Below, piece after piece: positions 17,063-25,885 of a stretch of 64,000 nt of DNA. A program made the position numbers and the translations under genes. The notes under the pieces were generated by a model, which had not been told where the DNA came from, ran no database searches, and worked only from the letters and a program-made list of their open reading frames with translations. Numbering within the stretch: position 1 is the first letter of the stretch; each line of letters opens with the position of its first letter. This stretch comes from an uncultured Nitrososphaerota archaeon (GTDB lineage Archaea > Korarchaeota > Korarchaeia > Korarchaeales > Korarchaeaceae), in the NCBI GenBank assembly GCA_964594835.1, contig CAZQNA010000004.1, positions 64,001 through 128,000 on the forward strand. The letters run 5' to 3'.

Positions 17063-19654
17063 ATGCCGAGGGGCAAGAGGAAGGTGGAGCCCGAGGAGGG
17101 CGAGGAGGGAGCGGGCGAGCCCGTGGAGGGAGGGGGTCAGGGGATCCCGCATCTGGAGGAGCTGGGCGAAGTCGAGGGGTTTGAGGAGGTAGACCTGACC
17201 ACCCTGAGCGGGGTCGGGCCTACCATAGCCAAGAGGCTCACGGAGGCCGGCTTCACGACCCTCGAGTCCATAGCCCTGACCTCCCCCGCCGAACTCTCGG
17301 CCGCGGCGGGGATACCGATGTCCACGGCAAGCAAGATCATCGCCTCCGCCAGGAAGATACTGAAGGTCGACGTGATGACCGCCTTCGACTACTACCAGAA
17401 GAGGAAGAGCGTTCAGAGGATAACGACCGGCACGAAGGCCCTGGACGACCTCCTGGGAGGGGGCGTCGAGACCCAGGCCGTCACGGAGATCTACGGGCCG
17501 TATGGATCGGGCAAGTGCGTATCCGGGGATACGCCCGTCCCGTTTGTCAACGAGGGTAACTTCCACTTTGAGAGGATATCCGACGCTTACGAATTCTACA
17601 GGCAGAGGTTCGGCGAGGTGAGGATGGACGAGGGATTTGCAGTTCCGCTCTCGGGTGTCAAGGTACTGGCAGTCGGGGAGGATGGAAGCACTAGGACAGT
17701 CGAGGCCTCCTACCTCTACAGGGAGAGGGTCCGCTCCATACTAGAGGTGAGGACTAGAAAGGGGAGGGTTCTTCGACTGACCGCGAGACACAGGCTGCTC
17801 AGCGTGGGCAGGACGGATGGCCGGCTGGATTGGCGCCCAGCAGGAGATCTGGCCCCCGGAGACCTGATAGCCGCTCCTAAGGCGCTGAGGTTCCCGTCAG
17901 GAGGCGACAACACTCTCACCAAGGAGGATGCGTACTTCTTGGGGCTCTTCGTGGCGGAGGGCACGCCGAATCCGCTCTCCCTGTCCACGGCCGATGAGGA
18001 GATCAGGGACTGGGTTGTCAGGTACGTCTCCGAGAGGCACGGCTATCTCCCAAGCGTCCGAGTCGATGCCAGGGGTGGAAGGAGGGTGTACGCGATTCTC
18101 TTCAGGACTCCGACCAGGGAGTTCCTGGGGAGACTCGCGGAATCCAGAGCCGGTGAGAAGTTCGTCCCCGAGAGCGTGTTCTCCGCTCCACCCGAGGTGT
18201 CTATGGAGTTCCTTAGGGGATACGTCAGGGGGGATGGGTACCTCGGGAGCACGGTGGAGTTGACCACGAAGAGTAGGCTCCTGGCTCAGCAGCTTGCGTA
18301 TCTGTTGAAGGGCTTTGGCTTCGACGTCTCCATCAGGGAGAAGGACGTGGGGGGAAGGACCTACTACCGGCTATACGTGGTCGGGGCTAGAAAGGGAGAG
18401 TTCCTCAGGATGATGGGTAGGGAGGGCGGCACGGCGCCTACTTCTCCGTACGGCTATCCTGAGCCTATAGTGACCGCCCTCAGAGAGTTTTACAGGAGGG
18501 CGTGGGGAGGAGAAAAGGGTTCTGCCGGAAAGTCCGTGGGTAAGAGATCCACCGGGAGGGGGTACCCCTACAGGGTTCTCATCGGAGACACGCGCGGCAA
18601 GTCCGTGGGTGATGGGACCCTCCTGAAGATCAGGTCCATGTTCCTGGGGATGCGCGAGAGTCTGATCGAGGCGAGGGATCTGGCCCTCAGGTTGGAGCAC
18701 CTCAGCGTAGGAGAACTCCGTAAGCTCGTCAGGGACGTTCCCTTCTCCGTTCGTGGAGCCTTTGAGAGGGCCGGAGTACCGGCAACACGCGCCCAGAACT
18801 ACCTGCACAGGGGAGTACCCCAAGACCTACCCGAACTCAACGAGATCAAGGCGGAGATCCTCTCAGAAATAGATCAGAGACTGTCGGTCCTTGACGAGGC
18901 CATACGCTTCATCGACGAGGTCCGGAAGTACGAGTGGGACGTCGTCGTCTCCACGGAGGAGATCCACTATGACGACTACGTCTACGATTTCGTGGTCCCG
19001 GAGGGCCACACGTTCATCGGGGGGTGGATGCCCACCCTGCTGCACAACACCCAGCTCTGCCACCAGATGGCCGTGACGGTTCAGCTCCCCGTCGAGAGGG
19101 GGGGGCTCGGCAGGAGGTGCCTCTACATCGACACGGAGGGCACATTCAGGCCTGAGAGGATCGTTCAGATAGCGGAGAGGTTTGAGCTCGACCCGGAGAC
19201 TACCCTGAAGAACATACTCGTGGCCAGGGCGTTCACGGCCGACCATCAGATGGTCGTGACCGAGAAGGCCGAGCCCTACCTCAAGAAGTACAACATCGGG
19301 CTGATAATCGTGGACTCGCTGATAAGCCACTTCAGGGGGGAGTTCGTCGGGAGGGAGAACCTGGCCGCCAGGCAGCAGAAGCTGAACAAGTACCTCCACA
19401 AGCTCCTGAGGTACGCCCTAGGGTACAACCTGGCCATCCTGGTCACGAATCAGGTCATCGCCCAGCCCGACGCGTTCTTCGGGGATCCCAACAGGCCGGC
19501 CGGCGGCCACGTCCTGGGTCACGGCGTCACGGCCAGGCTCTACATAAAGCGGGCCAAGGGCAACAGGAGGCTGGTGAAGCTGGTCAAAAGCCCCTACCTC
19601 CCGGAGGACTCTGCTGAGATCGCCATCACAGGGGGCGGAGTAGAGGACGTGTGA
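17063..19654 (+). CDS. radA: DNA repair and recombination protein RadA, intein-containing precursor
   Basis: HhH N-domain 'GVGPTIAKRL', Walker A GPYGSGK|T split by an intein, 'YIDTEGTFRPERI', 'IIVDS', 'TNQV'; ATG at 17063 preferred over the upstream GTG. Confidence 0.95.
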   Translation: MPRGKRKVEPEEGEEGAGEPVEGGGQGIPHLEELGEVEGFEEVDLTTLSGVGPTIAKRLTEAGFTTLESIALTSPAELSAAAGIPMSTASKIIASARKILKVDVMTAFDYYQKRKSVQRITTGTKALDDLLGGGVETQAVTEIYGPYGSGKCVSGDTPVPFVNEGNFHFERISDAYEFYRQRFGEVRMDEGFAVPLSGVKVLAVGEDGSTRTVEASYLYRERVRSILEVRTRKGRVLRLTARHRLLSVGRTDGRLDWRPAGDLAPGDLIAAPKALRFPSGGDNTLTKEDAYFLGLFVAEGTPNPLSLSTADEEIRDWVVRYVSERHGYLPSVRVDARGGRRVYAILFRTPTREFLGRLAESRAGEKFVPESVFSAPPEVSMEFLRGYVRGDGYLGSTVELTTKSRLLAQQLAYLLKGFGFDVSIREKDVGGRTYYRLYVVGARKGEFLRMMGREGGTAPTSPYGYPEPIVTALREFYRRAWGGEKGSAGKSVGKRSTGRGYPYRVLIGDTRGKSVGDGTLLKIRSMFLGMRESLIEARDLALRLEHLSVGELRKLVRDVPFSVRGAFERAGVPATRAQNYLHRGVPQDLPELNEIKAEILSEIDQRLSVLDEAIRFIDEVRKYEWDVVVSTEEIHYDDYVYDFVVPEGHTFIGGWMPTLLHNTQLCHQMAVTVQLPVERGGLGRRCLYIDTEGTFRPERIVQIAERFELDPETTLKNILVARAFTADHQMVVTEKAEPYLKKYNIGLIIVDSLISHFRGEFVGRENLAARQQKLNKYLHKLLRYALGYNLAILVTNQVIAQPDAFFGDPNRPAGGHVLGHGVTARLYIKRAKGNRRLVKLVKSPYLPEDSAEIAITGGGVEDV
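17516..19048 (+). mobile_element. intein (511 aa) with LAGLIDADG homing endonuclease in the RadA P-loop
   Basis: Starts CVSGDT; block B 'LTARHRLL'; LAGLIDADG-like 'FLGLFVAEG' and 'FLRGYVRGDG'; block F 'VYDFVV'; ends LLHN before Thr+1; visibly more A/T-rich than the exteins. Confidence 0.93.
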
Positions 19655-19664
19655 GGTACGTCGA

Positions 19665-19874
19665 ATGGGGGAGGGCGTCCGGATACTCCTCGAGGGCCAG
19701 GAGGTCCTTGTGGGGCCGCTCACGAGGGTCGTAGACCTGATGTCCGAGCTGGGCCTCCACCCAGAGGCCCACGTCCCCGTGGTGAACGGGTCCCCCGCCC
19801 CCGAGAGGATGTACCTGTCGGAGGGGGACGAGGTGGAGATCGTCAGGGTCACCGTCCACGTCTCGGGCGTGTGA
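19665..19874 (+). CDS. ThiS/MoaD/ubiquitin-like beta-grasp protein (TtuB-like) lacking terminal Gly-Gly
   Basis: 'V.DLMSELGL...VVNG......L.EGDEVEIV' pattern; C-terminus VSGV; stop overlaps the ttuA start. Confidence 0.75.
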   Translation: MGEGVRILLEGQEVLVGPLTRVVDLMSELGLHPEAHVPVVNGSPAPERMYLSEGDEVEIVRVTVHVSGV

Positions 19875-20851
19875 TGAGCTTGCGCCCACTCTGCGACAGG
19901 TGTGAATCCAGAGAGGCAGTTCACACGCTTCACCTCACGGGAGAGAATCTCTGCGGAGAGTGCCTTGTTCAGGACGTCAGGAGGAGGGTGTTTTCTCTCC
20001 TTGAAGGGCTCGTGGAGGACGGAGACCTCGTGGCGGTGGCCCTCTCCGGTGGGAAGGACAGCTCGCTCGCCCTCTATCTCCTGGACGAGTACCGCAGGGC
20101 GGGGAGGAGGTCCTTCCGGCTCGTGGCCGTGACCATAGACGAGGGGACCGCCTACAGGAGGTCTGGCATCAAGGCGGCCCGGGAGCTCACCCGGAGGCTC
20201 GGCGTCGAGCACGTCCTGGTTGGGATGAGGGAGATACACGGGATAGACGTTGCCGAGATCAGGGCCCTCCTCCCGAAGGGGTGGAGGAGGTCCGCCTGCA
20301 CGTACTGCGGGGTCCTCAGGCGCTGGGCGGTGAATCGAGTTGCGAGGGAGCTGGGGGCCACCAAGGTGGCGACCGGCCACAACCTGGACGACGTCCTGCA
20401 GACCCACCTGATGAACCTGGCGAGGGGAGACGTTCCGGCCATCGTCAGGTCTGGCCAGGGCGTGAGGTCCCCCTCCCCCCTGATGGTCCCGAGGATCCGG
20501 CCCCTGGCCTCGGTACGGGAGAGGGAGGTCGCCGCTGCCGCCCTCTACCTGGGCCTCCCCGCGCACTTCGGCAAGTGCCCGCTGACCACGGGCATGCGCG
20601 TCGGCGTGAGGAGGGCCGTGGACGAGCTGGAGGCGAGGCTCCCGGGGATCAAGGAGGACATGCTCAGGGGGCTCCAGTCCCTCGCGGACAGGGTGCGCGC
20701 CTCCGGGTCGATCAAGGTCGAGCTCGGCTCCTGCAGGCTCTGCGGGGAGCCGACGACCGGCGAGATCTGCAAGACCTGTCAGATGAAGCTGGAACTTCAG
20801 GAGTTGGCGGGGAGGCCCCTCGCGTTCCGCTGGTCCCCGGGGCCATCGTAA
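19871..20851 (+). CDS. ttuA: tRNA 2-thiolation protein TtuA/NcsA (TIGR00269-like PP-loop ATPase)
   Basis: N-terminal zinc finger, 'SGGKDS', 'CTYCGVLRR', 'TGHNLDD', 'RIRPL', CP, C-terminal CxxC..CxxC. Confidence 0.85.
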   Translation: MMSLRPLCDRCESREAVHTLHLTGENLCGECLVQDVRRRVFSLLEGLVEDGDLVAVALSGGKDSSLALYLLDEYRRAGRRSFRLVAVTIDEGTAYRRSGIKAARELTRRLGVEHVLVGMREIHGIDVAEIRALLPKGWRRSACTYCGVLRRWAVNRVARELGATKVATGHNLDDVLQTHLMNLARGDVPAIVRSGQGVRSPSPLMVPRIRPLASVREREVAAAALYLGLPAHFGKCPLTTGMRVGVRRAVDELEARLPGIKEDMLRGLQSLADRVRASGSIKVELGSCRLCGEPTTGEICKTCQMKLELQELAGRPLAFRWSPGPS

Positions 20852-20898
20852 ATTAATAGCAACATGACACTCCGGGGTGATCGAGGCAGCTGGGAAAA

Positions 20899-21675
20899 AT
20901 GGGCTGGTCGAAGATCTCTGTGATCGGAGAACCCGCGGAGGACTACGGCCTAGTCATAGCCGGCTATCCGGGAGTCGCGAACGTGGGGGCCGGGGTGGTG
21001 GGATACCTGGCTGAGGAGCTGGGGGCCGAGCCCCTCGCGAGGCTGTACTCTGAGTACCTCTTCCTCCCAGGGAACGTCGCCGGAATATCCGTGACCGAGG
21101 AGGGGGGGTTTGAGCTCCCCTCGATAGAGATCTACCACGTCAGGGGGCAGATCGGGGAGTTCGGCAGGCCCCTCCTGGTCACGAGCCAGGTCCAGCCGGT
21201 TCCGTGGGGCCAGCTGGAGGTCGCCTCTCGCCTCCTGTCCTACCTCAAGTCGCTGAAGGCGCGCAACCTGCTGGTGATAACCGGATTCGCGGACCCCGAG
21301 ATGGCGGGGAGGGTCCTGGCCTTCGGGACCCAAGGAGAACTCCTCGACAGGCTCGTATCGGCTGGGGCCAGCCGCCAGACGCCCATGAAGTCCATCGTCG
21401 GCCTGGCCGGGGCCACGCTCGCCTCGGCGAGGATCGCGGGCCTGCCCTACGTCTCGGTGACCGGGGTCTCAGAGACGTCGGCCCCGGACTTCAGGGCCGC
21501 GGGCGAGGTCCTCAAGGTAATGAACGCGGCCCTGAACCTCGACCTGAACCTGGAGAGCATAGAGAAGAGGATCAGGGAGTTCGAGGAGGTCAAGAGGAGC
21601 ATCCTGCGGCAGCTTGAGGAGCAGATATCCTCCATGACCAGGCCGAGCCCGGATGAGACCGGCTACGTGGGGTGA
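20899..21675 (+). CDS. PAC2 family proteasome assembly chaperone-like protein
   Basis: 'AGYPGVANVG', 'IVGLAG', 'PDFRAA', C-terminal coiled coil and YVG tail. Confidence 0.8.
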   Translation: MGWSKISVIGEPAEDYGLVIAGYPGVANVGAGVVGYLAEELGAEPLARLYSEYLFLPGNVAGISVTEEGGFELPSIEIYHVRGQIGEFGRPLLVTSQVQPVPWGQLEVASRLLSYLKSLKARNLLVITGFADPEMAGRVLAFGTQGELLDRLVSAGASRQTPMKSIVGLAGATLASARIAGLPYVSVTGVSETSAPDFRAAGEVLKVMNAALNLDLNLESIEKRIREFEEVKRSILRQLEEQISSMTRPSPDETGYVG

Positions 21676-22022
21676 GGGAGACGCCGATAGAGAGGCTCCG
21701 CCGGAAGCTCACGATCGAGAACCTCTGGCTCTACATACTCACCCTCCTCAAGGACGGGCCCAAGTACCCCTACGAGATACCGGAGCTCATGGAGAAGAGG
21801 TTCGGCTGGAGGCCCGCGCGGGTCACGGGGTACATAGTCATGAAGAGGCTCGAGATGGACGGCTACATCCGCATAGTCAGGAGGAGGAGCAGCCAGGGCC
21901 GCGTCCGCAACTACTACGAGCTCACGGAGAAGGGACGCGAGGCGCTCAGGGAGGCTGAGTCCCTCCTGAGGGGCCTAGTGACCTCCCTCTTCGGCTCCGG
22001 GGAGGGTGGTGGGGAGGGTTGA
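21672..22022 (+). CDS. PadR family transcriptional regulator
   Basis: 'ENLWLYILTLL..GPKYPYEI...Y.V.KRLE.DG.I...R.YYELTEKG'. Confidence 0.9.
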   Translation: MRETPIERLRRKLTIENLWLYILTLLKDGPKYPYEIPELMEKRFGWRPARVTGYIVMKRLEMDGYIRIVRRRSSQGRVRNYYELTEKGREALREAESLLRGLVTSLFGSGEGGGEG

Positions 22023-23059
22023 GGCTCTGGATAGACGTCATGACCCCGAAGCAGGCTAGGGTGTTCTCCGAGGTATACAGGCGCGCGAGGGAGAGGGGAC
22101 ACGAGGTCCTGCTGACCGCCCGCCTCCACGGCGAGACCACGCAGATACTCGAGATGGAGGGGATACCCCACGTGACCGCGGGCAGGCACGGGGGCGGGGA
22201 CCCCCTCTCGAAGCTGAGGTCCTACGCCAGTCGGGCCCTGGAGCTGATCGACCCCGTCACGGAGTTTGATCCGGATGTGCTCGTGAGCCTCTCGTCGCCT
22301 GAGGCCACGAGGGTCGCCTTCGGGCTGGGGATAGGGGTGGTCTCCCTGAACGACACCCCGCACTCGGTGCACGTCGGGAGGCTTACCCTCCCCCTCTCGG
22401 ACCGCCTCGTGTATCCGGCCGCGGTCCCGGCCCACAGGTGGCTGGGCCTGGGCGCGAGGTCCGAGTCCCTCAGGCCGTACTACGGGGTGGACGAGGTCTC
22501 TTGGGTTCGGCCGCGCTTGGGCGAGGCGGTACGCGAGGTCGGCGGGAGGCTGGCCGTCGTGAGACCGGAGGAGTCCCACGCCTCCTACCTAGCCGGGTCT
22601 CTGGGCTCCACGAGCGTCGTGGAGCCCTGCCTCCGGTTCCTGCTAGGGAGCGGCTACCGCGTGGTCCTGCTCCCGAGGTACGATGATCAGAGGGAGTACT
22701 TCAGGTCCAGGTACGGGGAGGGGGTCGATATCCCGGAGGGGGCGGTGGACCCGGTCCCCCTGTACGCCTCTGCGGATGTCGTGATATCGGGAGGGGGCAC
22801 CATGTCGCGCGAGGCGGCCATGTTCGGGACGCCCGGGATATCCCTCTTCCCCCTGGACGAGCCCCTCCACGTGGACGAGTTCCTTGCGTCGCTCGGGATA
22901 CCTCTGTTCAGGTTCAGGGACCCGGAGTCGGCGATCCGGCTGCTGCGGGAGATATCCAGGGACCCGGATGGGTTTAGGGTGGACACGGCCCCGATCCTGT
23001 CTCGCCTCGAGAGCCCCGTCGACGTCCTCATCGGTGAGGCCGAGGTGCTCGCCGGCTAG
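22019..23059 (+). CDS. DUF354 family (GT-B glycosyltransferase-like) protein
   Basis: 'WIDVMTPKQ', 'SPEATRVAFGLG', 'NDTPH', 'VRPEE..ASY', 'GGGTMSREAA.FGTP'. Confidence 0.85.
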   Translation: MRLWIDVMTPKQARVFSEVYRRARERGHEVLLTARLHGETTQILEMEGIPHVTAGRHGGGDPLSKLRSYASRALELIDPVTEFDPDVLVSLSSPEATRVAFGLGIGVVSLNDTPHSVHVGRLTLPLSDRLVYPAAVPAHRWLGLGARSESLRPYYGVDEVSWVRPRLGEAVREVGGRLAVVRPEESHASYLAGSLGSTSVVEPCLRFLLGSGYRVVLLPRYDDQREYFRSRYGEGVDIPEGAVDPVPLYASADVVISGGGTMSREAAMFGTPGISLFPLDEPLHVDEFLASLGIPLFRFRDPESAIRLLREISRDPDGFRVDTAPILSRLESPVDVLIGEAEVLAG

Positions 23060-23065
23060 GCTGGG

Positions 23066-24385
23066 TCACGGGGCCAGCTTGAATCTCCTGAGCAGGCTGT
23101 CGGCTAGGACCGTCAGGGGCTCACTCACCGGGGTCAGGAGCGGGTGGTAGGCGAACTCGACCGTGAGGAGGTCGGTCAGGCTCATCCCTGCGAGTATGGC
23201 CGCGGTCGCCGCGGACACCCTGCCCCAGACCTCCCTCAACCCCCAGAACTGGGCCCCGATGAGCCTCCCCTCCGGCGTGGCCACCACCCACGAGAGGATC
23301 CTGTCGACCCCCGGCGCGAACCTCTCCAGGTCGAGGGTTGAGAGCCTGCCTGAGATGTGGTCGAGCCCCCACCTGGAGGCCTGCGTGGCGGACAGCCCGA
23401 CCCCACCGAGCAGGCGGTCCCCCACGTGGATGACGTAGGGGGACAGCGCCCCCCTGTACCTGAGGCTTCCGCCGACGGCGTTTCTACCGGCGATCCTCCC
23501 CTGAACGAGGGCGGTGGAGACCAGGCCCGTCACGATGGGGCGACCCGTGACGTACTCCCTGACCTCCGCCACGTCTCCCGCGGCGTACACCCCGGGGGCG
23601 GCCCTCAGCTCATCGTCAACCATTATTCCGCCGGTCTCACCTATCGGCAGGCCCGCGTCGGCGGCCAGCCCGGAGTTCGGCCTCACCCCAGCGGCCACGA
23701 TCACGGTGTCGGCCTCTATGACCTGCTCCCCGGCCACCACCTCCGAGACCCTGCCGGTCGGCCCCCTGATCTCCCTGACCGGGGACTTCAGCAGGACCCT
23801 GACCCCGAGGGATCGGAGGTACTTGGCCACCGTCGAGGCCACGGGTGGATCCACCTTGCCCGGCATGAGCTGCTCCATCATCTCGACCAGCCAGACCTCC
23901 CTCCCTGCCTTGGCCAGGGCGCCGGCGACCTCCAGCCCGGTGGCGCTCCCCCCGACCACGACCACCCGCTCTCCCATGTGCCTCAGGATGTACTCGGCGT
24001 CCTCGACGTCCCAGAGGAGCCGAACGCCCTCCAGATCCAGCCCCTCTATAGGGGGCCTCGTTGGCCTGAGGCCCGTGGCTATGACGAGGACGTCGTACTC
24101 GATGGACTCCCGGGACCCCTCCCGCGAGAAGTGCACGGTCCTCCTCTCCAGATCCAGCCCCTCCACCTGGGCGGACGTTATCACCTCGATTCCCGGTCTG
24201 GTTACGCGATCGATCACGCTGTCCAGGGGGATCTGACCGGCCACGACGTACGGGAGGGCGCATGGGTGGTAGGCCGGGTAGGGGTGCCTTTCGAGGACCA
24301 CAACCTCGGCCTCGGGGTCGTCCTTCTTGGCGTAACCCGCCGCGGTCTGTCCCGCCGTCCCGTTGCCGATTACGACTACCCTCAT
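23066..24385 (-). CDS. FAD-dependent pyridine nucleotide-disulfide oxidoreductase (NADH oxidase/CoA-disulfide reductase family)
   Basis: GxGxxG, redox Cys 'CALPY', 'ATG', second Rossmann 'GGSATGLE', 'YAAGD'. Confidence 0.85.
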   Translation of the reverse strand: MRVVVIGNGTAGQTAAGYAKKDDPEAEVVVLERHPYPAYHPCALPYVVAGQIPLDSVIDRVTRPGIEVITSAQVEGLDLERRTVHFSREGSRESIEYDVLVIATGLRPTRPPIEGLDLEGVRLLWDVEDAEYILRHMGERVVVVGGSATGLEVAGALAKAGREVWLVEMMEQLMPGKVDPPVASTVAKYLRSLGVRVLLKSPVREIRGPTGRVSEVVAGEQVIEADTVIVAAGVRPNSGLAADAGLPIGETGGIMVDDELRAAPGVYAAGDVAEVREYVTGRPIVTGLVSTALVQGRIAGRNAVGGSLRYRGALSPYVIHVGDRLLGGVGLSATQASRWGLDHISGRLSTLDLERFAPGVDRILSWVVATPEGRLIGAQFWGLREVWGRVSAATAAILAGMSLTDLLTVEFAYHPLLTPVSEPLTVLADSLLRRFKLAP

Positions 24386-24437
24386 CGCCCTCGGCGGACG
24401 CGGGATAAGTTAAAAGCCCACGCCCGCCGGTCGGGCG

Positions 24438-25226
24438 ATGCCCCACCTGCAGCTGATCAGGGTCTCGGAGGCCAGGCCCGAGAGGAGGCTCGTCCTCGTG
24501 CAGGGTGTGCCGGGCCTGGGCCTCGTGGGCAAGATCGCGGTTCAGTACCTCATCGACGTCTCCGGCCCGAGGCTGGTGGCGAGGATATTCAGCGACTACC
24601 TGCCCCTCCCGGACGGGAGCGCTGGGGTGAGGGTGTCCGACGGGGACGTCTCCCCCCCGACCTACGACCTCTACCTCCTCAGCGATCCGGACGCCCAGGC
24701 TGACTTCCTCCTGCTCACCTCGGACGTTCAGCCCATACCCTGGGGGCAGTACTCCGTCGGGGAGTTCGTCCTGGATTACGCCCAGGAGCTTGGGGTCCGG
24801 GAGCTGCTGACTTTCGGCGGGTACGTCCCGGGCAGCCCCGAGGTCCAGGGCGTCTTCGCCGCCTCCAACGACGAGTCCCTCTGGAGGCGGCTCGAGGAGG
24901 CTGGCGTGATGAGGCTCGAGGGGGGTTTCGTCACCGGCGCCGCGGGACTCCTCGTCGGGCTGGCCCACCTCAGGGGAATACCCAGCGCCTGCGTCCTCAG
25001 CACGACCGAGGGGCAGAGGCCCGACCCCAGGGCCTCCAAGAGACTGCTCCTGCTGCTGGAGAAGATGTACGGGCTCACCGTTGACCTCTCCACCCTGGAC
25101 GAGATGATAAGGGAGGAGGAGTCCGTCCGATCACTCCTGGAGGAGAAGGCCAAGCAAGCCCTGGAGAGAAAGCGTGAGTGGGTGGAGAGAAAGGAGGGAG
25201 AGGAGGGTCTCCCCTATCACATCTGA
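24438..25226 (+). CDS. second PAC2 family protein
   Basis: 'GVPGLGLVGKIA', 'TFGGY', 'GAAGLL', 'PDPRAS', PYHI tail. Confidence 0.85.
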   Translation: MPHLQLIRVSEARPERRLVLVQGVPGLGLVGKIAVQYLIDVSGPRLVARIFSDYLPLPDGSAGVRVSDGDVSPPTYDLYLLSDPDAQADFLLLTSDVQPIPWGQYSVGEFVLDYAQELGVRELLTFGGYVPGSPEVQGVFAASNDESLWRRLEEAGVMRLEGGFVTGAAGLLVGLAHLRGIPSACVLSTTEGQRPDPRASKRLLLLLEKMYGLTVDLSTLDEMIREEESVRSLLEEKAKQALERKREWVERKEGEEGLPYHI

Positions 25227-25239
25227 GCCCCTCAGCTCG

Positions 25240-25848
25240 CTACTCCACTCTGACCCTCCTCTCCTTCACCTCGGCCCTTCCTCCGCCCCGCTTTGGGAGC
25301 CTGACCTCCAGTATGCCGTTGCTGTAGGTGGCCCTCGCTCCCTCTGGCTCGACCTCGGACGGGAGGCTCACCTCGGCGCTGTAGGGCCTCGCCCTTATGG
25401 TGAGCCTCCTCTCCGTGGCTGAGACCTCGATGTCCTCCTTCCTGACCCCTGGTATCTCGGCGACTACGACGATCTCGTCCCCGAAGTCCATGACATCCAG
25501 AACGGGCTCTCTGGTTATCTCTTCTCCCTCCCCCTCTCTCCTCCTGGTCTCTATCTCCTCTATCTCCCCCGACCCCTCCCCCTTCTTCGGCGGGGGTACG
25601 TTTCCAAACCTCCTGATTATCGGCCTGCCGTCGGGCCCGATGGTCATGTAGTACCCGTACACGAAGGGGGCCCTGAACTCTATCCCGCTCGGGGCCGTGA
25701 ACCTGGGGAGCCTGTCCTCAAGCTCCTCCAGGTCCTCCATGGACATCAGCTCCTCCAGCTGCCTCTCCATATCCTTCTGGACCTCTCGGATGAACCTCAT
25801 TATCTCCCTGATCCACTCCTCGAAGGGGTCCCTTTCCTCCCTCCCCAT
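25240..25848 (-). CDS. hsp20: small heat shock protein Hsp20 (archaeal type)
   Basis: 'PFVYGY..TIGPDGRP.IRRFGN', 'REPVLDV', 'AEIPGV.KEDI', 'ATYSNGILEV'; ATG at 25848 preferred. Confidence 0.9.
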   Translation of the reverse strand: MGREERDPFEEWIREIMRFIREVQKDMERQLEELMSMEDLEELEDRLPRFTAPSGIEFRAPFVYGYYMTIGPDGRPIIRRFGNVPPPKKGEGSGEIEEIETRRREGEGEEITREPVLDVMDFGDEIVVVAEIPGVRKEDIEVSATERRLTIRARPYSAEVSLPSEVEPEGARATYSNGILEVRLPKRGGGRAEVKERRVRVE

Positions 25849-25885
25849 CTGATCGCCTCGCGGATAGGTTGGATTAACCCCAACC

